NCBI RefSeq assembly: GCF_037042905.1
Contig: NW_026974140.1
Location: 1,056,001-1,120,000, forward strand
Direction of reading: 5' to 3'
From: Lytechinus pictus
Taxonomy: Eukaryota
Length of the DNA: 64,000 nucleotides
Shown here piece by piece: positions 39,320 to 51,223 of this stretch (within the stretch, counting starts at the first letter, position 1; every line of letters starts with the position of its first letter). Made by a program: the position numbers and the translations under genes. The notes under the pieces were generated by a model, which was not told the DNA's origin, made no database searches, and saw only the letters and a list, made by a program, of their open reading frames with translations.

Positions 39320-40980
39320 CACTGTTGGTCATAAAGGTGGACTATTTTTTTTCACAAAATTTTCACAGCGTAATTATTACAACATGATTTGAATATGGCA
39401 TTTATGGTGCATGATAACCACTTTATTTTATTATTCTGCCTTTTACACACGTTTGACAGTGATATTTTACAAGTTTATGTCCTAAGCGATGGATGTCATG
39501 AGCATAGAACAACAATGACGACAATATACAGTAAATTAAAGGATCATGATATATTTATTTTCAATCTCTCTCAGTTTTCCAGATGACTTCTTTTTTGTGA
39601 TTTAATGGACAAATTTGCATCAAACTTGAGTCATTGTTCTTACTCAGTCACTAGTATCGGGTATGTCCACCCCTGGCACGAACCAGCGCATACAGACGCC
39701 GTGGCATGCTGTCCACTAGCTTGTTGATGACGTCAACAGGCATATCGTCCCATTCTCCCCTCAGAGCATATGCCAACTCCTGCAGATTTTGAGGAATGAC
39801 CTCTCTGTCGTTGATGGCTCGGCCGAGGGCATCCCATGCATGCATATGGGGTTCATATCCGGCGAACAAGCTGGCCATGGCAACTGTACGACGCCCTCTG
39901 CCTCCAGGAATTCCCTTACTGCAGCAGCCCTGTGCGGTCTAGCGTTGTCATCCTGCAGTCGGAAATTGTGCCCATACACTCGTCTTGCATATGGAAGACA
40001 GTGGAACTCCAAGATATCCCTGTAGGCGGCGGCGTTGACGTTTCCGTCCGGAACCACCAGTGGCATTTTCCCTCCATAATGGATGCCGGCCCATATCATC
40101 ACTGAGCCGCCTCCGCCTTGAGTCGTCTCGTGGATACATTCATCGCGAAGGTTTTCCCCGGCTAATCGACGAACTCGTTGTCTCCCATCCTTTCGGTCAA
40201 GGATGGACCGGCTCTCGTCCGTGAAGACTACATGTTGCCAATGTCCTGGATGAAGCCTTCTGTGCTCCCTAGCCCAAAGAAGACGAGCTACTCTGTGGCG
40301 AACAGACAGGCGTGGACATTTGGTCAACCGTCGTGCTCGGTAACCATGTTGGAGCAATCTGCGATTAACGGTTGACCGGGAAACGTTGATCCCATGAAAT
40401 CTCCTCCACAAGCGATGAAGACGGCTCTTGGGCAATTTCCGGTTTCTGCGGCTGAAATTCAACAGTAGGCGATCATCTCTTCTTGTGGTCAATCTGGGAC
40501 GTCCTGTAGATTTCCGTGGCCGCACATTCCCCGCCTCACGTTGACGTTTCAGGATCTTAGAGACTGCACTCTGTGATATCCCTAGGACTTCTGCGATATC
40601 AGTCTGCTTGTAGCCCTCCTGTCGCAGTGCTACCACTCTCTCGTGTGTTGCTGTTGCCGTTGGACCAAGCATAGTCCAGGGAACGTCTCTACAGATTTTT
40701 ATTCCAAACGGTTCAAGGAACTCGAAAAAATGCAACCTTCTTATACACAGTGCTAAATCAGGGAAAGGGGCATAATATCATATGCATATGCTTTTATAGT
40801 CTACAACAAAATAATTTATTTCGTAATCCAAATTTCTCATGTTATAATGTCACCTGTGTAATGGGGAAACATTATGTAATCACTCAATTACCATTTTGTC
40901 TACGCGTAGCCTTTCAAATACCAACAAAACTGTCGATTTTTATTCAAAAATATGTTATTCCACCTTTATGACCAACAGTG
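39320..40980 (-). mobile_element. Tc1/mariner transposon, full length (1661 bp)
   Basis: Perfect 22-bp TIR CACTGTTGGTCATAAAGGTGGA; TA TSD on both sides. Confidence 0.95.
39651..40672 (-). pseudogene. Tc1-type DD34E transposase with one frameshift
   Basis: HTH, GRPR, VFTDES, QDDNARPH, WPACSPDMNPI|HAWDAL...RGGHTRY*; frameshift near 39843. Confidence 0.93.
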
Positions 40981-43810
40981 TATATCTCGTTAAACAGACA
41001 ATGCGAGCACCAGGAACAATAAAGACATAGGCCCTGAGCAAGTTATGTTTCATAAAGTTATGAAAAAAATGTTTCTTATGTAATATAAATAACATAATTG
41101 TAATATTACATAACATAATTATAATTTTAATGAACAATAAATTCTTCTTTCACATTAAATTTTTCTTCCTTTCTCCCTCTTTTTCTGCTTTTCCCCCTTT
41201 TTTTTGGCCAGCCGATGTGGGGGCACGTGCCCCCCCCCCCCCCCGTAGTTACGCCACTGGTCGTATTATTAATGTAGGAAGATCGCCTTTTACTCATTCT
41301 TTTTATGATTTACAAAACATGAATAGAATGTTCAATTTTTAGATCTAAATCTCGATTTTTTTTTCCGCTCGGTATATTGAAAATCGTTTCATGGATAATC
41401 TTGAAAGTGAATTTTCACTGACAAATTTTCTGTCAGCCGTTCAGATGAAAGTTTGTTTAGTGATATAGCTATCTTGTTAAAATTTTCCATTCTTTATGTT
41501 AAAAATTTTCAGCTTGCGCTTTTCGCTTGCATTATTTGATTGTTGAGATATGTTACGTCTTCATTGCTTTAGTGCAAGCAGTCTTTTTCGATCAGTTCAA
41601 AACGTATATAAAAATTGTCTGCTCGCGCTTTGCGCTCCCATTATTAATGTAAGGAAAATCCCCAATTACTCATCCTTTGCATGATTTATAAAACATGAAT
41701 AGAGTGTCTCGTTCAGTAGGTCGAAATGTTCCGCTCGCGCTTCGCGCTCGCATAAAATGTTTAGTTATATACCTATTCTGTTTAAGTTACAAAATATGCT
41801 TAGAATTTCCATTTTTTAGGTAAAAATGTCAAATAATTTCAGCTCGCGCTTCGCGCTTGCATTATTTGACTTTTAAAATATGTAACGTTTTTTCAGGATA
41901 ACAAACATTGTCCAGAATGTTCGAAATTATTATATAAAAAAGGATTATGATATCACATATTTATGTTGATTTATAAGAATAAAACTAAGAAGTAACTATT
42001 AGGACTACCCCTTCAAGGTAACTAAAATCATCTTCGAGCGGCCGATCGGGGAAAATATAGCTAGAAAAAAATTCCGCCCCCCCCCCCCCCCCTATTGGCG
42101 AAGGCTGGATCCGCCCATGCATAATGTTGCATAATTTCAGAACAACGTACCCGGGTGACACAAGATTGGTCTCAAAAGATGCGCAAGACCAAAAAGAGGC
42201 ATGTTAAAAAAAATGTGCGGCGGCATGGTCGCAAAATTTGTGGAGGGGGTATCAAATTGGTCCAATTTAACTAAGGGTTAATAACTGGGAGGCTGTTTGC
42301 TGACTTTTTACTTTCAAGTCTTGCACATCTTTTGAGTTCAAATTTGCGATGCCTGGGTAAGCTGTTCCGAAATTACGCAACATTTTTATGTACTTATCCA
42401 ACACAAATGCTGTTTCTTGCTAAAAATTCACAGCCAGTATAATATTCATTTTTCGAGATTAAAGTCAACTTATTTAATTACATTTATAATCATAAAAGCT
42501 TTAATAAAGTTAAAAAAAACCAAAGAGTTGTATAACAATTTTCAAAAAGAATGAAAGGTATAAGAAAACACAAGATCACAATGTACTGTAGGACTCACTG
42601 CTTGGCAATTCTATTGTCAGAATAAAATAACTTTCTCAGGATCAAGTGACATACAGTGTACATGTATAATGTGTGTGAAAGTACATAAAAAATTCAACTT
42701 TCTATTTTTATACTGTAACATTGGGTGAACTAGTGATTACTTTGGATATGATGCACTTCATATTGGTTTATTTTATGTATATGTATTTTTGGATAGTCAT
42801 TAAGAAATAAAGCTATTTACTTAACTTATGGAAGCATAAGCCTTCAAAACCAGAATTATGTCATGTACAGCTAATTCCTTCTGTGTGATATTACAATTGT
42901 AATTTTTTACTTGAGCTGGTAATATGAATTGCTGCATGACCTACATAATGACATGTTCCAATTCGAATAGTAACATGACCTTAATAAGAATTACCCTGCA
43001 TCGATTGAGCGTGCTTACGTTAAATAATTGATGTTGCTACTTCAAATAATTGAGGTCAATCAAATTGGTCATAATTATTCAAGTCAATTCTGAGCTACAT
43101 GTCGTAGTTGTTTAGGTCATATACTAATTGAAATTACTAAATGACTCAAGAAGGTATGAATTCAAGTTGCCACATGACCTTAATTATTTTATGTAGCAAC
43201 ATCAAGTATTGAACGTCATGTAGTTATTAATTATGACATGTAGCAAATCAAATTAACATGCCGCAATTTCGTGTTCATGATGGGCTCACGCTTACATTCA
43301 TACATGACATAAATTTGTATAACCCTTCACTCCGTAGTTGGAGCAATTCTTAGACAAGAAGACTGCAAAACAATGATATGCATATTCAATGTCAAAAAGA
43401 TTGATGTCTCAATAGATTTGATATGCATTTCGGCAAAGTAATCTTATATTCATATTTTTTCTAACCTATGGTGAACATTCTAAATTATGTGAAATTTATT
43501 CAAAATTGTCTTTCATTATTTATGGACTTTTGTGAATTCTGTGCAAAATGAAGTGATTATGATTACATAGATCTTCATTTACTTTAAATTTATACTGGCG
43601 ATTTCCACATAATTACATCCCATATCGTATGTGCACCATGCATTATCTGTACATGCACAAGTGGTTTTCCATTGTTTCATAACATGGTTGAGTAAAGGAT
43701 GATCTGCTTATAGTATTTAGCCAATTGGGTGTTGACAAAAAGGGGAAAATGCAATTGCTCAGCTCGTACAGGTTTTTTTCCTTTAAGACTTACAACCATA
43801 ATACTGGTTA

Positions 43811-43981
43811 AGCCTTGGTTACATTCGCCGGCCGGTGGCCTTACGGCAAGTTGAAATTAGTAGTTTTAATCATCCTTGTACCAGCTACTACCAGCTATGT
43901 AGGTGGTTTGTATAGTAATACACAAAACTGCTGATTTTGTCTCGCCGTGAGGCAACCGGTCAACGAATGTGACCGAGGTAT
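43811..43981. mobile_element. Small MITE (Harbinger-like)
   Basis: CCTTGGTTACATTCG / CGAATGTGACCGAGG inverted ends; TTA/TAA flanks. Confidence 0.55.
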
Positions 43982-45303
43982 TAATAATACTTGCTTATTG
44001 TTGTGTTAGAGGGAAGGATTCTGGGTCGAATCTAGCTTTCTTTATGTGATCCCAAAATGGCAGCAATGTATGAATAGTGAAAGTAATTCATTTGGCATCA
44101 CAATGTTGGTGGATATAAATCTTTTTACATGTATTATCCCAAAGATGAAATGTTGCTGCATTATTCTAGCTGTCATTTATATCAAAGATGTTTTATATTG
44201 TGCATAGTACAACTCATATAATAAAGATATGTAAAAATGTTTTTAACGTCTGCAAATTTGCGTGTTTTTTCACCCCTCTTTTCATTAGTCAAGATGCCAA
44301 GGTTGTTGTGCTGGACCACAGGAAATTCTTACAAACTACTAGGCCTCAAACTACTAGGCCTAACAAACCAGTGCAGGACGGTGTCATGAGAAAATTGCAC
44401 AGACTACCACAGGACAACAACATAGGATCGTCACAGGAAATCCACAAGAATACCCCTAGACAGTTAAGCAGGATTACCACAGTATAGTATCACAAGAAAG
44501 CCTCCGGACCACAGGAATACCACACAAACTATCACAGGACAGTACCGCAAGAATACGACAAGACAGTTCTGCAGGGTTATCACAGTAAAGTATCAGAGCT
44601 GCAGGACAAGACCAATAATGCCACACAAGATATCAAAGAACAGTATCACAGGAATACCACAGGACAGTACTGCAGGACTTGTCCTGCGGTACGGTCTCTT
44701 GGTATTCCTGCAGTACTGGCCTGCAATATTCTTGTACAAGTTTCCTGTGGTACTATGTTACAGGCATATGGTATTCCTGTAGTACTGTCCTGTGATACTG
44801 TCCTGTAGTACTGTTCTGTAGTACTGTCCTTTGATACTGGCCTGTGGTATTCATGTAGTACTGTCCTGTGATACTGTCCTGCGATACTGTCCTGTAGTAC
44901 TATCATGTGGTATTCCTGTAGTACTGTCCTGTGATACTTTCCTGTTGTACTGTCCTGTGATACTCTCCTGCTGTACTGTCCTGCGATACTCTTCTGTGAT
45001 ACTATCCTGTGATATTCCTGTGGTAGTACTGTCCTGTGATACTGTCTTGTAGTACTAGTAGTAGTGTGGTAGTGGTTGTAGCGGTTGTAGTGTTCATGTC
45101 CTGTGATACTTCCTGCCATACTTATGCGGTTATTACTACAGGAAGTATCAAAGGACACAGACCTGTTGTACTCCTGCTGTACAGTTCTGTGGTACCGTCC
45201 AAAAATTACGTGCACGTAATTCCTGTAGTACTTTCCTGTGATACTTTCTTGTGATAGTTCCTGTAGTACTTATCACAGGTAATACAGGATTTTTTTGTAA
45301 GGG

Positions 45304-45446
45304 AGATGACAACATCTTGGATCTCGTCATGTCTATATCCTGTGGAGGCGATGATCAAATGACAAGATCTTGGATCTCGCCATGTCTACATCCTGTGGAG
45401 GAGATGATCAGATGACAAGATTTTGGATCTCGTCATGTCTACATCC
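45304..45446 (+). repeat. 53-bp tandem array (right part)
   Basis: Continues the unit interrupted at 26151. Confidence 0.85.
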
Positions 45447-46065
45447 GTCGACTACATCCGTCAACTACCGTCGCAAATAAGCGTTCGCGTTCTCCAATGA
45501 AAGGTCGGGATAATGCATTAAACCACGAATGTCTATGCATACCGCTGAATCAAATACTTTCGGACGGGTTGCGGACTGACTGGCACTGTATAACGTAGGT
45601 TGGATCTATACCTCGGCTCGACTCACGTTAGCTTGCTCCGTTTCCGACCGCGGCCGGGTCGCGTGTTTTTTTCCGTACCGCTTACGTGTCATATTCTCTA
45701 ATTTAATGCCAAAGAGCGACTTGAGCAGAGACCGTATCTGTCTTCGAATGTCTCAGCTATCTCGATCTCGCGCGCGTGCTATACAAAAGTACCGTACCTT
45801 ATATCTAGCTACATGTAGGCCTATCTTCGAGTTCGACTACGGTTACGTCTTCGATCAGTAGGCCTACGATTATCACTTGAAGCTTGTCGTAGCCATAATG
45901 ACGTCTACGTCGAGAAACTGTGAATGTGGTGAAGGGGTAACAATTCCTGCAGCCATTCAGGTAGATCTACATGTATCTCTATATCTAGACTTTTCTGTCT
46001 CTATCGACTCTTAACATGCCGAAGTACACAAGCCCAGCTCATTTCTCTAATCTCTAGAAAAGAGA

Positions 46066-46181
46066 TAACCAGGCGGCCTTCCTCACTAACAGTTAGAACA
46101 AAGATTTATTAATTAGAAGGCTGCATAGTATAAGACTGGCTAGTTTAATATATTGACCTAGTGAGGAAGGCCCCCTGGTTA
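46066..46181. mobile_element. Tiny MITE / hairpin
   Basis: TAACCAGGCGGCCTTCCTCACTA / TAGTGAGGAAGGCCCCCTGGTTA. Confidence 0.65.
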
Positions 46182-49100
46182 AAGACTGTACTGTTAGTGT
46201 TACAGATTTATCCAGTACAGAGTAGATTAACAATGGGCAAAAACTGCTTTGAAACATTCATGAATGGTTGAACTCACTTATAAATGCTGGTATCAGTCGA
46301 TCATGTTTTTTTATATTCTTTTGAGTAAGTGTGCCAAAAATTTCATAAAAATTTGCAAGAAAGATGATTTTCTTGAAAAAGGCTCAGCCTGTCATTTTCA
46401 GATTGAACAAAAAATGGTGTCCCATGTCTGCGCACCATTAACTTTACACACGATTCGGGGATTTTGATGAGAAAAGCTGCACTTTGAGGCCGTCAGAAGA
46501 AAATTTGAAATGCCCCAATTTCATTATTTTTCCAGTCAGATTTTTTAATGATTATCTTTCTATGTAGATGTGTAAGGTTTGTAGTCGTTGCGTATCTTCT
46601 TTTACTAGAATCGCGCAGATACGCGTGTGCGCAGACAAGGGGGACTGCGCAGCAGGCCCCCGAAGCTACCGCCATTTTGTTTAATCCATTAGAAGCTAAA
46701 ATAAGCCCTCATTAATATTAATTTCGTACGATGCTCTCTCGTCAACTGTGGTTTTGTACGTGTATTAGACAATACGCACATCAGCGCAATGACAAGGTCA
46801 ACTTGGCAAATTCATTAATGTATTCATTTTGTTACGCGCTCATGACAATTCAGCGAATCAGCAAGCGCAAATCTGAGACGATACGCTGCGCGCTATAAAA
46901 TATCGATATCACTTAAAAACAAAGCATTGATTGTATTGCGTCTTATAGGCCTATGCTAATTCTAAAAGGGAAGATGAAATAAGTAGATCAAGTCGTGATT
47001 AGGTAAAGAGGTCTCCAGTGCTTTGGCCATTCCAAAAGTGTCACATGTTAAGATATAAAGCAATCTTAGTGTTTAACAAATGTAAAGAATCTCGACTCTA
47101 AATAGCTGGCAGAGGCCGCGGAAAGATGAAAGGGGGCTGTTGCACGTGCACTAGCTGACCCAAAGTTTTTCTCTTTTTTTTAGGGGGGGGGGCAGAACAT
47201 GGTTATGATGGTAATTTTCACTGGTTGAGTATGGTTACTGAAAAAAAATTCTTGTTACAAATTTCGAGAAGCAAAAAAAAAATTAAAGATATTTTGGTCA
47301 AGGTATAACGTTCGGCCGGGGCCGGCCCCTTCATGTATCGCCGTACCTGCTCTCTTCATCTGGCGTCCGTTTCATAATGAATTACAGCTAGTTAAACATC
47401 GCTGTTATTGTGATTACCGTGGTAACCTAGATTTATGATTGGTTATAGCCGTTACCATCGTAGTTACCATATTTGTAACTCATGATGAAGCGGGTCGCAG
47501 TTTATCATGTTTAATGCGTTTCCTGTCCCCTTTATTCTCCAGCATTTCTTACTGTTTTTACATTTAAATTATTTTCCCACTAAAGTTCGTTTGTGCCGCC
47601 TTTCTCCTGCATATATCATATATTTTCTTCTTCTTTTCCCACTTATCTGTCTCCTGGTTTCCATAAATCTCGTCTTATTTCTCTTCGACCCCATTGTTCC
47701 TACTATACACAATTCTAGCTCTCTTACCCCCCCCCCTCCCCCTCTAAATTATCTCTTCATATGTGCCCCTCCATTTCTTTCTCATCTCTTTTCAACCCCC
47801 TTCTAGTCATTCTTTCCCTCTCTCGATCTCCATTTCATTTTGAATTTTGCCAATTCCAACCACTTTCATTTTAGCTCTGTACAAATACTATATGAATACA
47901 AATGAAAGACATGAAGGCATTCTCTGGTTAGTGGTGAATTTTATTAATTAGCCAGAAAAAATATCACATTATCAGAGGAGTTAGCTTTACTTTTGGCTTA
48001 AGCGTATGTTAATACTTTTAACCGAAAGAAAATGGTTTTTGTATGCAGGGGCAGCGATCCGGGGGACACAGTTCCCCCTACTTTCTGAAGCACTGAAAAA
48101 GTGCCTTTTTTATGTAAGAAAAATGCCCCCTCAGGAACGTGTACTGTGTCCCTTTCACCATGGACCTATCCACGGAGGATTATTCTATTGTTACTGGGCG
48201 TGCTGAGCATTGTCACAACACCCCCGTTAAAAATAGCTAATCCTCCGTGGATAAGTCCATGCCTTTCACCTGACGAGAAGCTGTTTTAGGTGTTACGAAG
48301 TGCTCTTCCTTGTGTGCAACTTTTTACCCCAAAATGCCCCCCCCCCCCGAGCGTGTTCTGTGCCCTTTCATCTGAAGGCCGTTTTATGTGGTAGAAAAAA
48401 TGCCCCTCGCCTCCTTGTAAGTGCCCTTTCTCGAATCACTGCCCCTTTTTACCCAAGAAAAGTGCTCCTAAAGAACTAGTTCTGTGCCTCTTTCAACTGA
48501 GAAGGACCCGTTTTATGTTCACCATGACGAGCGCCCTTTGAAACAAGAAAACATTATAATTTCTATAATATATTTACGAAGGAAATCCTTTGTGCATTAA
48601 GTATAATAATTCATTTGGGTGGGGGTAGATAAGCAGTTTCGTACAGATGGAGGGGGGCTTGAAGGACTCTCCCCCCCCCCCCCCCCGAAAATAAAAAAAT
48701 AAAAAAAAAACTCACGACCAAGAAAATGGTGAAATATATCATTATGAATGTTTTGTCGAAATCTATCACAAAATTGGATTTTCTTTTTTAAAATGTCAAA
48801 ATTTTGCTCGCTCGGAACTTCTTAAAAATTTCATGTAATACAGCATTTTCCGTGTGCCCCCCCCCCCCCTTTCAACTTTGCTCCGCCGCTCTTATTTGTA
48901 TGTTTATAGCATCTCCTTTTGCAACCAGTTTTAATGAAAATCAACAAGAAATTCCATACGTCATGAATTTGGGGTTGTGATAATAGTTTTGTTCGTGTTT
49001 TTTTAAATAGACTTGAAAAAAAATTCCATCTTCATCACGTACTCCGTAAGTCAGACTCTTCAATTTTGAATTGTTGGATTTCTTAAATGAAAACATCTGT

Positions 49101-51223
49101 TACACCAGTCCTGCAGATTGAAAAAATAGAGAAAGAAAATCAATGAATTTAAATTAAAATTGTCATGATTTGTAAAAGAAAAGTGAGACTATACATATAT
49201 ATATTTCTTCAACGCATAACATAGGAAATCTTACTTCTACTAATTATAAACTTGTACTTCTATAAAGCATATCACTTAAAAATGTTCTATGCAGTTTACA
49301 ACCCACTCTCCATTATAACTACATGTACTCTATATTAAAAAAAATGTCAGAGATTTCTCATAAATATATAAAGTAACATATATACATTATATATAATAGT
49401 CAGAATTAAAGTTGATGTGTTGTGTTGCACAGAATATTGTGATCTGCGAATAAAAACGACACTAACTATAATGCTATAATTCAAGAAAGTAAAACTTCGG
49501 TTCTAAACCTAGATCTATGACTATATTGATTTAGAAATTGTTGATGTCTGACTTTTGTTCCTGGCTAAACCTTCATTGCCATTATTGACCGAGAGTAGAT
49601 CTAGATTTGTCCTTGGTCCACTGACACTGAGTGACTGACAGTCGTACTCATACATGTAATTGGAGAAGTTTAGGCCCAGACCTAGATCTAGATCTAAATT
49701 ATAGACCAAGATCCTAAGCCCTGGGGGTACGTGTCAAGGGTTGGGAAAGAATAAGTTAGATTACTATATTTGAATTAGGTAGGCCTAGATCTACATCGAT
49801 GGATAAAAGTAAAAAGTAAGTAGGCCTAATAATAAAGTAAGATTAAAAAGCAAGTCTAGATCATATGTTAACCAATTTAGAAATTAGTTCTAGATCTATT
49901 GATAATAAGACAAACATGCAGCGCAGCATGTTATTTCTAAGACCGAGTCTAACTAAATGTATAAATAACAATAAGACTTTTAAGAGTTAAAATGTGTGGG
50001 GGCTAAATGCAGAAGAAGCCTGATGAAGTTATGAAATTATGGCTTAGGCCTAGGCCTATGCAAAATAAATGTGATATCTGAAACTGAAAGTGAGGATTGA
50101 TTGATACAATGACAGGCGTATCTTCTTCCACACTCCGCTTCACAGTTTATTCATGACTGAGTCTCGATCTACTGAAGATAGATGCAGATCTCCATCTAGA
50201 TCTAACGTTACAGTGTACAAAAAGAAACTAATATTTTATTCTTCTTGTTTTAATCAATCGTGGGCTACCGGCCCGATTTTCTCTCGATGCCCGGGCCAGC
50301 CGGCTAGGAGCCCGTACAAAATACATGTGGTTAACACAGCGGCATAACCACAACACGGCATGCAACATACAGGCTGCACTTGGCGACGATGACAATCTAA
50401 CTTCAATTTCAAAGACCAAATTCTGCTTTTCTTTAACAGAAGAATAATAGCAAACTCTCTAATTAGTTAAAGAAATAACCTAACATCACAAAATACAGTG
50501 TGAAATGTGTAAATAGTCCACTAAATTCATGTGGTTATATCAATTTATACGTACTCACCGGAGTGATCGTAGCCGTATGTCCATTTTTCGTGTGGAAAGA
50601 AAAGTTTCAGAATAAATAAATTAGATGACGTAATGAGGTCAAATGAATAATTAATTCTGTAACACGATACCATAAGTATCGATGACAAAGAATCGGGGAA
50701 ATCGCGTATCAATAACGCTCTTAGCCAATGAAAAGGCCGGATTATGAATATCTTCATGCTCATGAACGTCAATGAGGGCTTATTTTTGTCTTCAAATGAT
50801 CGCGGTAGGCGGAGCCTAATCTCATTTGCGTGCGATTGATTGGATACCGTTATTACAGGCACCGGTACCTGGCCTGGCCTTCTCAGTCCGCAGCTGGTCG
50901 GCGATGCGAATCCAGCGGTGCGGTATTCTACCTACCGCATGGTTGGACCACTTATCCAATGTACAAGGTTATGAATAACCTTGTCCTGAGTTAGTAACCC
51001 CTGTGTGGTGAAATAATGTGGGTAATGTTTGGCTTATTTTCTCTTGTTTTGGGGGATAGACTCTAAATGCTTGAAGCCTTGATTGTTTCTACACTGTCAC
51101 TCAGTTTCAATCTAAGTGTGCCAAAATTCGACATGTGCCGCCCCCATGTATTGTACATTTATGACCATTTATGTTGAATGTTGAATTGAACATAAGTGTT
51201 TACTGTTGTTAAATTGATTTCAG

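Larger units (their letters stand above)
38435..41259. mobile_element. hAT-like non-autonomous element
   Basis: TIR CAGTGGCGTA; 8-bp TSD GTCGCATT / GTCGTATT; internal GCGAGCGCGAAGCGCGAGC repeats. Inserted in an oppositely oriented relative that ends at 42119. Confidence 0.85.
37478..42277. mobile_element. TTAA-flanked piggyBac-like non-autonomous element with nested inserts
   Basis: TTAA at 37474-37477 and 42278-42281; right end AAGGG; homologous to 7951-9508. Confidence 0.6.
26152..45303. mobile_element. CMC/EnSpm(CACTA)-like element, ~19.2 kb, with multiple nested insertions
   Basis: TIR CCCTTACAAAAAA / TTTTTTGTAAGGG; 2-bp TSD AG inside the 53-bp array. Subterminal CCTGTG/CACAGG-rich repeats: 146-bp units at 26166/26312/26458 and a dense array at ~44310-45290. 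Confidence 0.8.

Noticed and set aside
44646..45330. Repetitive YHRTV-type ORFs
   Set aside because: Translations of CMC subterminal repeats.
48880..50584. Minus-strand two-exon gene (donor ~50557, acceptor ~49111)
   Set aside because: The splice signals are plausible, but every joined frame stops quickly and the peptide is unrecognisable.
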